Position numbers and translations under genes: made by a program. Source: Candidatus Eiseniibacteriota bacterium (lineage in GTDB: Bacteria > Eisenbacteria > RBG-16-71-46). From it: a stretch of DNA of 64,000 nucleotides. The stretch lies in assembly GCA_963776245.1 (NCBI GenBank), contig CAVZLN010000006.1, forward strand, positions 544,001-608,000, in the 5' to 3' direction. Of this stretch, positions 1 to 8,773 are shown piece after piece (position 1 is the stretch's first letter; each line of letters opens with the position of its first letter). The notes beneath the pieces are model-generated. The model worked only from the letters and a program-made list of their open reading frames with translations. It was not told the origin of the DNA and did no database searches.

Positions 1-888
1 CTGCGGGCGACCGACTGGGTCTTCCACGCGTTGCGCGAGACCGGCGTGTGCCTGTGGCGCGGCACCACGGTCAAGCGAGCTGGTCTGCCAGCTGATCGGC
101 AACTCCGGCGACGTGCTGCTCGGGCGCCAGATGCCGATGCACTTCAGCGACCGCGCGGTCCGCTCGGTGGCCTGGTCGAGCGTGATCGGCACCCAGCTCC
201 CGCACGCCGTGGGCGCGGCCTACGCGGCCAAGCTGCAGCAGCGCGACGAGGTGTGCGTGGGCTACATCGGCGACGGCGGCACCTCGATCGGCGACTTCCA
301 CGCCGCGATGAACTTCGCTGCGGTGTGGCAGGTGCCGTGCGTGTTCTTCTGCCAGAACAACCAGTGGGCGATCTCGGTGCCGCTCGCGACGCAGACGCGC
401 TCGAGCAGCATCGCCATCAAGGCGGTCGCCTACGGCATGCCCGGCGTGCGCGTGGACGGCAACGACCTGCTCGCGGTCATCACCGTGATGCGCGAGGCGG
501 TGGAGCGCGCGCGCTCCGGCGGCGGGCCCCACGCTGGTCGAGTCCGTCACCTTCCGCATGGGCGGGCACTCCTCGAGCGACGACCCGACGCGCTACCGCG
601 ACCCGGAGCTCGTGAAGGAGTGGGAGAGCGCGCGACCCGGTGCGGCGGTTCGAGGTCTACCTGCGCGGCCTGGGACTGCTGGCCGACGCCGACCTCGAGC
701 GCTGGACCGCCGAGATCAACGACGAGATCTCGGCCGCCATCACCGAGGCCGAGGCGCTCGGGCCCCCGCCGATCGAGAGCCTGTTCGCCGACGTCTACCG
801 CGACCTGCCCCCGCACCTCGAGGAGCAGCGGCGCTACGCGGTGGCGATGGGCGAGGGCCGGCCGGTCGGCGGGGCCTTCCCGCTGTGA
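1..888 (+). CDS. TPP-dependent 2-oxoacid dehydrogenase E1 alpha subunit (branched-chain/pyruvate type), 5'-partial, three apparent frameshifts (~76, ~528, ~630)
   Basis: Joined frames give GRQMPMHFS, TQLPHAVG, the TPP motif GDGGTS...NNQWAIS, VDGND, RMGGHSSSDDP and RDPVRRF...LFADVY; stop TGA at 886-888. Confidence 0.9.
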
Positions 889-1259
889 GGGACCTCGCGC
901 TGGTGGCGCTCGGCGGCGCGATCGGCAGCGTGCTGCGCTGGGCGCTCTCGGGCGCGGTGCAGCGCTGGAGCGGCGCGGCGTTCCCGTGGGGCACGTTCGC
1001 GGTGAACGCCGCGGGCTCGCTGGCGATCGGGTTCGTCGCGGCGCTCGCGCTCGAACGCGCGCTGGTCCCGCCGTCCGCGCGGGTGTTCGTGATCACCGGC
1101 GTGCTGGGCGGCTTCACCACCTTCTCCGCGCTCTCGTACGAGACGCTCGCGCTGCTGCGCGACGGGCAGTGGACCGCGGCGTGCGGATACGCCGGCGGCT
1201 CGCTGGTGACCGGGGTGACCGCGGCCTACGCGGGCTACGCGCTCGGGATGCGCACCTAG
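885..1259 (+). CDS. crcB: Fluoride efflux channel CrcB/Fluc
   Basis: GTG overlaps the upstream stop; motifs GGAIGSVLR, FPWGTFAVN and TGVLGGFTTFS; four hydrophobic helices. Confidence 0.95.
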   Translation: MRDLALVALGGAIGSVLRWALSGAVQRWSGAAFPWGTFAVNAAGSLAIGFVAALALERALVPPSARVFVITGVLGGFTTFSALSYETLALLRDGQWTAACGYAGGSLVTGVTAAYAGYALGMRT

Positions 1260-1268
1260 GGAGCGACC

Positions 1269-1619
1269 ATGCGGATCGACGGACCGGGACTGCTGCTGCG
1301 CATCTTCATCGGCGAGAACGACCGCTGGCACGGCCGCCCGCTGCACGAGGCGCTGGTGCTCAAGGCGCGCGAGATGGGCCTGGCGGGCGCGACCGTGGTG
1401 CGCGGGGTCGAGGGCTTCGGCGCGCACAGCCGGCTGCACACCGCCAAGGTGCTGCGGCTCTCCGAGGACCTGCCGCTGGTGGTCGAGCTGGTGGATCGCG
1501 AGGAGCGCATCCGCGCGTTCCTGCCCCAGTGCGACGCCATGATCGGGGACGGGCTGGTCACGCTCGAGCCGGTCGAGGTGATCCGCTACTCCGCCCAGCC
1601 GCCCGCCCCGGACGCCTAG
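1269..1619 (+). CDS. DUF190 (PII-like) protein
   Basis: LRIFIGE.D...GATVVRGVEGFG...LSEDLPLVVELVD; this family typically follows crcB. Confidence 0.9.
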   Translation: MRIDGPGLLLRIFIGENDRWHGRPLHEALVLKAREMGLAGATVVRGVEGFGAHSRLHTAKVLRLSEDLPLVVELVDREERIRAFLPQCDAMIGDGLVTLEPVEVIRYSAQPPAPDA

Positions 1620-1620
1620 C

Positions 1621-1654
1621 CCGCGAGCCCGACTCGGGAGAGCCGGGCTCGCGG
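1621..1654. terminator. GC-rich hairpin between convergent genes
   Basis: CCGCGAGCCCGACTC-GGGA-GAGCCGGGCTCGCGG inverted repeat; no U-tract. Confidence 0.55.
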
Positions 1655-1680
1655 AGGATGCCGTCCATGGGGGCGCGACG

Positions 1681-3504
1681 TCACTTGCTGGGCAGCCTGA
1701 TCTCCTGACCGTTCTTCACCCGCTCGCTGACCATGTTGTTCTCCATCATGATCGCGGGCACGGTCACCCCCCACCGCTTCGCGATGTCGGCGAGCGTCTC
1801 GCCGCCCTTGATCCTCACCTTCGCGGGCCGCTGGATCACGAGCGACTCACCCGGCCGGGTGGGCGCGGAGGAGGCCGGCGTCGGGACGAGGCGCGGGGCG
1901 ATGGACGCGACCACGGTGGCGGGGCGTGTCGCCGCGACCGGCGCGCGTTCAGGAGTGGGCTCGGGTAGCACGGGCTTCGGCGCCGCGACCGCCTTCGGCA
2001 CCGGGATCACCGCGGGCGCCGGCTCCACCAGCTTGGGCGCGCGCACCGGCTCGGACGGCGTCAGGGTCGCCAGCTGCTGGGCGGCGGCGGGGACCGAGGG
2101 CTTCGCGGGCGCGGGTGCCGCCGTCACGGCGGGCTTCGCGGGCACGGACGCCATGGTCGCGGGCGCGGGATCCGACTTCACCGGCGCGGGTGTGGCAGGC
2201 ACGGGAGCCGACTTCACCGGCGCGAGTTGGGCGGGCACGGGTGAGATCGTCTCGGACGCGGCCACCGGAGCCACGGCGGGCGCCGTCTTCGGCGCACTCG
2301 CGGCGGGCTTCACCCGGGCCGACTGCCGCGCGGGTGGCGGCGGCGCGACGGAGGCTGGCGCGACGGCCGCGACCGGAGCGATCGGCGCCGCGGTCACCGA
2401 CGGAGGCGCGTCCTGCGCTCGCGGCTGCGAGGCGGCCGCCGTCTCGGTCGGACGCGGCGCCGGGTCGGCGGTCGGAGTCGCCGCCGGAGTCTGCTTCGCA
2501 CCCCCCGTCGCCGTGGCGACGGGCTCGGCGGGAACGGGCTGCGCGCCGAGCGGGCGCATCATGCCGCGCATCGATGCCGGGCGCAGCGTGACCCCGATGC
2601 GATGCTGACCGTCGCCCTGGCCCGGCACCACGTAGCCGTAGTCGAACCACACCGATCCCACTCCTCCACCGAGACCGAACGACGGACCGGAGAGCGGGTC
2701 GTCGACGGGCGCGGCGAGCTCGTGGCGGTAGCCCGCGCGCACCGCGAGCAGGCCCTTCCAGCGCCACTCGAGACCGGCGCGCACGTCGTTGTAGTACGCC
2801 TGCGGGAAATTGGCGTCGACCGCCACGCGCAGCCCGCTCGGCAGGTCGAGCGCGGCGCCCACGCCGACGTTGGACGGGAACGGGAACGACGGACCGGCGT
2901 ATCGCATGCGTCCGCCCACGTTCTGCGCCGCGACGCCGAGGCCGACGAACCCGGCGCGCACCAGCACGCCGCCGTCGAACGTGATCCCGGCGCCCGAGAC
3001 GTTGTCGAGCACCTCGCTCACGTACTTGGTCCCGAGGCCCACGCTCACGGCCGGCCCGAACTGGCGCGCCACGTGCGCGCCGAGCGCCATGTCGGAGACC
3101 CCGAACGTGCCGGTGGAGACGCCGGTGGCGTCGCGGCCCTGGAACCGGCCCTGCCCGTGGTAGAGCCCGGTGATCGCCCAGTGCATGGAGGTGGTGGCGA
3201 AGCGCCCGCCCACGCCGACCCACTCCTGCGACGTCTGGTTCGCGAGCCCGGCATGCGAGACCACCAGTTCGATCGGGTCGAGACGCGCCAGCGCCGCGGG
3301 GTTCCACGCCGCGCCGACCAGCCCGTTCGGCAGCGCCAGCGTGGCGCCGCCCATGCCGAGCACGCTCGCGCCGGCACCCACCGATAGGAAGTTGCCCGCG
3401 GTGGTCCCGGCGTTGTCGATCGAAGCGCTCGCGGGCGCGGCCCACGCCAGCGCCACCACCATCACGACGGCCTTCATGCGACTCGTCATCTCGGTCTTCC
3501 TCAT
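1681..3504 (-). CDS. PorV/PorQ-like outer-membrane beta-barrel fused to a Pro/Ala-rich linker and a C-terminal LysM domain
   Basis: Signal peptide; GTTAGNFLSVGAGA...GMGGA...WNPAAL PorV/FadL-like start; barrel ending DYGY...HRIGVTL; ~250 aa P/A-rich stretch; LysM motif VRIKGGETLADIAKRWGVTVPAIMMENN...GQEIRLP. Confidence 0.8.
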   Translation of the reverse strand: MRKTEMTSRMKAVVMVVALAWAAPASASIDNAGTTAGNFLSVGAGASVLGMGGATLALPNGLVGAAWNPAALARLDPIELVVSHAGLANQTSQEWVGVGGRFATTSMHWAITGLYHGQGRFQGRDATGVSTGTFGVSDMALGAHVARQFGPAVSVGLGTKYVSEVLDNVSGAGITFDGGVLVRAGFVGLGVAAQNVGGRMRYAGPSFPFPSNVGVGAALDLPSGLRVAVDANFPQAYYNDVRAGLEWRWKGLLAVRAGYRHELAAPVDDPLSGPSFGLGGGVGSVWFDYGYVVPGQGDGQHRIGVTLRPASMRGMMRPLGAQPVPAEPVATATGGAKQTPAATPTADPAPRPTETAAASQPRAQDAPPSVTAAPIAPVAAVAPASVAPPPPARQSARVKPAASAPKTAPAVAPVAASETISPVPAQLAPVKSAPVPATPAPVKSDPAPATMASVPAKPAVTAAPAPAKPSVPAAAQQLATLTPSEPVRAPKLVEPAPAVIPVPKAVAAPKPVLPEPTPERAPVAATRPATVVASIAPRLVPTPASSAPTRPGESLVIQRPAKVRIKGGETLADIAKRWGVTVPAIMMENNMVSERVKNGQEIRLPSK

Positions 3505-4514
3505 GGGATGCGTACCAGTCCGGTGTGCTGCCGCGTGTCACCCGCGATCAGCCATGCCGAGTAGGGCCCGGGCGCGACCTCGCGCCCTCCGTCGTTCTTC
3601 CCATCCCAGGTCACGGTGCGCGCGCCCGGCGCCAGCGCGCCGAGGTCGAGGTGCCGGATGGTGCGTCCACCGCCGTCCACGATCTCGAGCCGGGCGCTCG
3701 CCGCCCCGCTCGCCGGCACCGACACCGGGATGGTGACGGAGCTGCCGGCGCGGCTCGGGTTGGGATAACCGGTCTCGACCGCCCACGCCGTCGGCAGACT
3801 GCTGCCGGGCTGCGCGGGGGACAGCACCACCTGGACCGCCGCGCTGCGCGCGCTCTCGTTGTCGCTCTGGTCGAGCGCGGTCACCGCGTACCAGAGCGCC
3901 GGAGCGCCCGGCGGCAGGGAGTTGTCCACGAACACGGTCGCGGTGATGCTGCCGACGCCGCTGACCGAGGTCCACGGGCCGCTCGCGCCGGTGGCGCGAT
4001 ACACGCGATAGCCGGCCAGGTCGCCCGCGCTGCTCGCGCTCCACGCCACGCGCACGCCACTCCCCTGCACCGCGGCGGTGACCCCGGTTGGCGCGGGCGG
4101 CGGCGAGGTGTCGAGGGGCCAGTTGAACGGCAGGACGTTGGAGATCGCCGACCAGTTGCCGGCGTCGTCGCGCGCCTTGATGGCGAACCAGTACGGGGTG
4201 CCGCGCGTGAGACCGCGCACCGTGAGGCTCTGTCGCGTCCCGGCAACGCTCGGGACCGGCGCGCCGGGGATCACGGTGGCCGCGTCCCACGAGGTGGCAT
4301 CGATGGCCGAGAGGGAGAACCGCAGCTCGTAGGCGGCCGCGGTGCCGATGTTGCCGTCGTCTCCGGGCGCGGTCCACGCGAGCGCCACGGAGTCCGCCCC
4401 GGCGACCTGCGCGCGCGCCAGCACCGGCGCGAGCAGCAGGAGCCCGAGCGCGGCGATCGCCGCGGCGCAACGCCGCGCGATGCGCGCGCGGGCCCGGAGG
4501 CGGGCGTGGATCAT
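3501..4514 (-). CDS. Secreted protein with two FN3 domains and an FlgD-Ig/T9SS-like C-terminal domain
   Basis: ATG at 4514 overlaps the upstream stop; signal peptide ends ARA/Q; FN3 motifs WTAPGDDG...YWFAIK and DLAGYRVYRA...YAVTALD; CTD YPNP...WDGKN...VAPGPY. Confidence 0.85.
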   Translation of the reverse strand: MIHARLRARARIARRCAAAIAALGLLLLAPVLARAQVAGADSVALAWTAPGDDGNIGTAAAYELRFSLSAIDATSWDAATVIPGAPVPSVAGTRQSLTVRGLTRGTPYWFAIKARDDAGNWSAISNVLPFNWPLDTSPPPAPTGVTAAVQGSGVRVAWSASSAGDLAGYRVYRATGASGPWTSVSGVGSITATVFVDNSLPPGAPALWYAVTALDQSDNESARSAAVQVVLSPAQPGSSLPTAWAVETGYPNPSRAGSSVTIPVSVPASGAASARLEIVDGGGRTIRHLDLGALAPGARTVTWDGKNDGGREVAPGPYSAWLIAGDTRQHTGLVRIP

Positions 4515-5317
4515 CAGCCCCGCACCCGCATCGGACGCGGCAGGTCGATCGCCGCGCTCCAGCCGATCCACACCCACGACGCCGCGAGATCCCGGATCGA
4601 CGCCGGCGCGAGCGTGTCGGTGGTGGTCGCGGTGGGCACGTTCGAGATCGCCGAGACGTTGCCGGCGTCATCCGTCGACTTGGCCGCGAACCAGTACGTG
4701 ACCTGACGGCTCAGCCCGCGCACCACCACGGACTGCGCGGTGCCGGCCACCGCCGGCGCCGGCGCGCCGCTGACGGCGCTCGCGCTGGCGAAGTTCCCCG
4801 CGGTGATGGGCGCGGTCGAGTAGCGGATGTCGTACGAGGTCGCGGTGCCGGTCAGACTGTCGTCGCCCACCGCGCTCCAGCCCAGCGTCGCCGTGGTGTC
4901 GGTGACGCTGGAGACCGCGATCGCGAGCGGCGCCGGGCGCTGCGTGTCGGGCGCCGCGAGCGTGGTGCGCTGGATCACGTTCGAGATCAGCGCCCAGTTG
5001 GGCACCTCGTCTGCGGTCTTGATCGCGAACCAGTAGCTGGTGTTCGGAGTCAGGTTGGAGACCGTGAAGGTCTGGCGCGTGCCCGGGGCGGCCGGCACCG
5101 GGGCGCCGGTGACCGGGGTCGCGGAAGCGAAGTTCGCCGCGTTGATGATCGCCGCCGAGTAGCGGATGTCGAACGCCGAGGCGGTCCCGACCAGGCTGTC
5201 GTCGCCCGGAGTGGTCCACGACAGCGTGACGCTGTTGTGCGTGATCTGGGCGCTCGCGCTCCCGGTTCCCATCACGCTCGCGAGGAGCACCACGAGCATG
5301 ATCCCTCGGAATCCCAT
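4514..5317 (-). CDS. Secreted protein with two FN3 repeats and a C-terminal extension
   Basis: RBS GGAGGGGG before ATG 5317; signal peptide ends SASA/Q; two W..(P/V)GDDS..GTA...DIRYS...YWFA.K repeats. Confidence 0.85.
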   Translation of the reverse strand: MGFRGIMLVVLLASVMGTGSASAQITHNSVTLSWTTPGDDSLVGTASAFDIRYSAAIINAANFASATPVTGAPVPAAPGTRQTFTVSNLTPNTSYWFAIKTADEVPNWALISNVIQRTTLAAPDTQRPAPLAIAVSSVTDTTATLGWSAVGDDSLTGTATSYDIRYSTAPITAGNFASASAVSGAPAPAVAGTAQSVVVRGLSRQVTYWFAAKSTDDAGNVSAISNVPTATTTDTLAPASIRDLAASWVWIGWSAAIDLPRPMRVRG

Positions 5318-5497
5318 GACGTCCCCCCTCCAGCCCTTCGTGCATGTGCCGTGTGGGCGTCGAATCTCGTGCTCACCAGCCATCGCAGAACTCCCGATCA
5401 AGATGCGTCAGGCGGCACCGTAGGGAAATCCGGACGAAGGGTCACGTCCTGGATCGCGACGGTCGCGTCACAACCGAGCAAGCCGCGGCCTCTCGCT

Positions 5498-5513
5498 TGC
5501 ACGAAGCATGCCC
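5498..5513 (-). promoter_or_regulatory. Possible sigma54 (-24/-12) promoter for the FN3 operon
   Basis: Minus strand reads GGGCATGCTTCGTGCA, i.e. GG-N10-GC spacing, ~180 nt upstream of the ATG at 5317. Confidence 0.35.
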
Positions 5514-5707
5514 CGCATGGCCTGTGGCATCCGTGGCTGGGAGTTGACTGCTAACTCGTGGGTGTCGCACGGCCTGCAGTGGATGGGGGGGAGTACGCCA
5601 ACCACCTTGTTGCGCGCAGAGTGCACCTCAAGTTACCCGAGTCGCAATGCGTAATACCACGTAATCGCCTCGCCGGGTCCCGGGATCTCCGGCCCGAGGC
5701 GCGGTCA

Positions 5708-5736
5708 TTGACACCCCGCTGAGCCACACCTATGCT
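5708..5736 (+). promoter_or_regulatory. Sigma70-type promoter of the type IV pilus operon
   Basis: TTGACA, 17 nt spacer, TATGCT. Confidence 0.7.
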
Positions 5737-5917
5737 GCGCCCCTTGATTCGCAGTCCCGACTCGGTCACGCGCAGGGTCTGCCGGTGCTCCCCACCGGTG
5801 GCGGGTGAGGCTCGCACCAGCGTGAAGGAACACCACCGGAGCGGCCGATAACCCGAAGGTGCCCGCCGCAGTCCGCGGCCGGCCTTCATCCTCTCCCTCA
5901 GGCAGGCGGGATCTCGG

Positions 5918-7045
5918 ATGAGCGGGCTTCCACTCGAACGCGATGCGATACTGCGCCGTGCCGTCGAGCAGGGCGCGTCGGACCTCATCATGACCGCCGG
6001 TCACCCGGTCATGATGACGGTGGCCGGCGTGCTCCAGCCGATGCCCGACTCGGCCGTGCTCACGCCGGCGGACTCCCGCCGCCTCGGCGAGTCGTTCCTC
6101 ACCCCCGCCCTGCACGAGCGCTTCCTGCGCGACCTCGAGCTCGACACCCGCTATTTCATCCCCGGACTGGCGCACTTCCGCGTCAACCTGTTCGTCCAGC
6201 GCAGCCACTGGGGCACCGCGCTGCGCATCGTGCCGGTGCGCATCCCGCTGCCCGCGGAGCTCGGACTGGCGCCCCACGTGGTGAAGCGCGTGCTCGCGCT
6301 GACGCGCGGGCTGGTGCTGGTGACCGGACCGACCGGGGCGGGCAAGTCCACCACCATCGCCTCGTTGCTCGAACAGGTGAACCAGGGCGGCCCGCGCCGC
6401 CACATCGTCACGGTCGAGGACCCGATCGAGTTCGTGTTCGAGGCCAAGAACGCCGTCATCGACCAGCGCGAGGTGGGCACCGACACGCGCTCGTACGCCC
6501 GCGGGCTGCGGGGCGCCCTGCGCCAGCTCCCGCACATCATCTTCGTCGGCGAGATGCGCGACCTCACCAGCATGGCGATCGCGCTCACCGCGGCGGAGAC
6601 CGGCAATCTCGTGATCTCGACCATGGCCACGCAGTCGGCCGCGCAGACCGTGACGCGCATCATCGACGCGTTCCCGCCCCACCAGCAGTCCCAGGTGCGC
6701 GCCCAGCTCTCCCTCACGCTGCGCACGGTGATCTCGCAGGTCCTGCTGCCCCGCGCCGACGGCAAGGGCCGGGTGGCGGCGCGCGAGGTGATGTTCGTGA
6801 CCCAGCCGATCGCGAACCTCATCCGCGAGGACAAGATCCACCAGGTGCAGAACGTGATCTCGACCAGCCTCAAGGACGACATGCTCGCCCTCGACGACTC
6901 GCTCGCCGAACTGGTGGACCGCGGGCTGGTGTCGTTCGAGACCGCGCACCCCTACTTCGACGACAGCGAGAAGCGCGCGGCGGTGCAGAAGCGCTCCTAC
7001 CGCATCGCGCCGATGCCGCCGCGGGCGGCGGAGGGGGCGCGGTGA
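5918..7045 (+). CDS. pilT: Type IV pilus retraction ATPase PilT-like (atypical His box)
   Basis: ASDLIM, FRVNLF, Walker A GPTGAGKST, TVEDPIEF, QREVG.DT, VGEMRD, IANLIRE. Confidence 0.85.
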   Translation: MSGLPLERDAILRRAVEQGASDLIMTAGHPVMMTVAGVLQPMPDSAVLTPADSRRLGESFLTPALHERFLRDLELDTRYFIPGLAHFRVNLFVQRSHWGTALRIVPVRIPLPAELGLAPHVVKRVLALTRGLVLVTGPTGAGKSTTIASLLEQVNQGGPRRHIVTVEDPIEFVFEAKNAVIDQREVGTDTRSYARGLRGALRQLPHIIFVGEMRDLTSMAIALTAAETGNLVISTMATQSAAQTVTRIIDAFPPHQQSQVRAQLSLTLRTVISQVLLPRADGKGRVAAREVMFVTQPIANLIREDKIHQVQNVISTSLKDDMLALDDSLAELVDRGLVSFETAHPYFDDSEKRAAVQKRSYRIAPMPPRAAEGAR

Positions 7046-8766
7046 GCCAGTCCTTCCGGCTCTCGACGCGGCGCTTCGGCGAGCTGCTGGTGGACTGCGG
7101 CCGCATCACCGCGGACCAGCTCGACCAGGCGCTGCGCGCGCGCCAGGACCCGCGCGAGCGCCTCGGCCAGACCCTCACGCGGCTCGGCATCCTGACCGAG
7201 GACGACGTCGTGCGCTTCCTCGGCGAGCAGTTCTCGCTGCCGGTGGCCGCGGCCGCCGTGCTCTCGAACGCCGACCCCGAGGCGGTCCAGCTCATCCCCG
7301 AACATCTCGCGCGCCAGGCCAACCTGCTGGCGCTCAGCCGCACCGGCGACACGCTCGAGGTCGCGGTCGGCGATCCGCTCGACGTGGTCTCGCTCGACCA
7401 CCTGCGCGCCCTCACCGGGTGCTCGCTGCGCGTCCTGATCGCCAAGCCGAGCGAGGTGCGCGAGGCGATCGACGAGTTCTACCAGCAGATCCGCGCCAGC
7501 GAGAAGGTCGGCGAGATCCTCGACAACCTCGACCTCTCGGCCTCGGCCGACGGCGACGAGGACGTCGATCTCGCCGCCCTGCGCCAGCAGGTCGACGACG
7601 CGCCGGTGGTGCGGCTGGTGAACCTGATGCTCGCCGAGGCCATCGACTCGCGCGCCAGCGACATCCACGTGGAGCCGCTGCGCGAGCGCGTCACGGTGCG
7701 CTTCCGCATCGATGGCGTGCTGCACGAGGCGATGAAGCCGCCCAAGCACCTGCAGATGGCGATCACCTCGCGCATCAAGGTGCTCGCCGACCTCGACATC
7801 GCGGTGCGCCTGCTGCCGCAGGACGGGCGCCTGACCGTGCATCTGCCCGACCGCGAGGTGGACATCCGCGTCTCCACGCTGCCCACCGCCTACGGCGAGA
7901 AGGTGGTGCTGCGGCTGTTCGACAAGGGCGCCTTCAACCGCGTGGTCGCCAACCTCGGCCTCGAGGGCAGCGCGCACGACGCGTTCGTCCGCGCCATCCG
8001 CCAGCCCTACGGCATGATCCTGATCTCGGGCCCGACCGGGAGCGGCAAGACCACCACGCTCTACGCGGCGCTCAACGAGATCAAGAGCGTGCACAAGAAC
8101 CTGGTCACGGTCGAGGACCCGATCGAGTACCACATCGACGCCGTCAATCAGGTGCACGCCAATCACAAGGTCGGCATGACGTTCGCGCGCGCGCTGCGCT
8201 CGATCCTGCGCCAGGACCCCGACGTCATCATGATCGGCGAGATCCGCGACGCCGAGACCGCCGACATCGCGGTGAAGAGCGCGCTCACCGGGCACCTGGT
8301 GCTCTCGACCGTGCACGCCAACGACGCCGCCGGCACCGTGACCCGCCTGATCGACATGGGCGTGCCGCGCTATCTGGTGGGCTCGGCGCTCACGGTCGTG
8401 ATGGCTCAGCGCCTGGTGCGCCGCGTGTGCGAGCGCTGCCATGAGACCGTGATCCCCGACCCGGAGCAGCTCGCGGTGATGGGCGACGACGCCGCGCTGC
8501 TCAAGGGCCATCCGCTCAGCCGCGGGCGCGGGTGCATCGTGTGCAAGCAGACGGGATACTCCGGGCGGACGGCGGTGTTCGAGGTGATGGAGATGACCAA
8601 GCCGATCCGGCGCCTGGTGCTGGATGGGCTCAACGAGGATCAGATCAAGCAGAAGGCCGTGGGCGAGGGGCTGGTGACGCTGCGCAAGAGCGGCATCCGC
8701 AAGATCCTCGACGGGGTCACCACCATCGACGAGGTGCGCGCCGCGACCCTCGCCGACGACGCCTAG
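7042..8766 (+). CDS. pilB: Type IV pilus assembly ATPase PilB (GspE/PulE family)
   Basis: N-terminal MshEN-like RFGELLV..G.IT...RLGQTL..LG; ASDIHVEP; GPTGSGKTT; LRQDPDVIMIGEIRD; GHLVLSTVH; tetra-Cys CERC/CIVC. Confidence 0.93.
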   Translation: MSQSFRLSTRRFGELLVDCGRITADQLDQALRARQDPRERLGQTLTRLGILTEDDVVRFLGEQFSLPVAAAAVLSNADPEAVQLIPEHLARQANLLALSRTGDTLEVAVGDPLDVVSLDHLRALTGCSLRVLIAKPSEVREAIDEFYQQIRASEKVGEILDNLDLSASADGDEDVDLAALRQQVDDAPVVRLVNLMLAEAIDSRASDIHVEPLRERVTVRFRIDGVLHEAMKPPKHLQMAITSRIKVLADLDIAVRLLPQDGRLTVHLPDREVDIRVSTLPTAYGEKVVLRLFDKGAFNRVVANLGLEGSAHDAFVRAIRQPYGMILISGPTGSGKTTTLYAALNEIKSVHKNLVTVEDPIEYHIDAVNQVHANHKVGMTFARALRSILRQDPDVIMIGEIRDAETADIAVKSALTGHLVLSTVHANDAAGTVTRLIDMGVPRYLVGSALTVVMAQRLVRRVCERCHETVIPDPEQLAVMGDDAALLKGHPLSRGRGCIVCKQTGYSGRTAVFEVMEMTKPIRRLVLDGLNEDQIKQKAVGEGLVTLRKSGIRKILDGVTTIDEVRAATLADDA

Positions 8767-8773
8767 GCCGCCT

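Noticed and set aside
5764..5860. GGTCACGCGCAGGG resembling the start of a c-di-GMP-I riboswitch
   Set aside because: The core GCAAA/GAAA tetraloop and receptor elements are not present.
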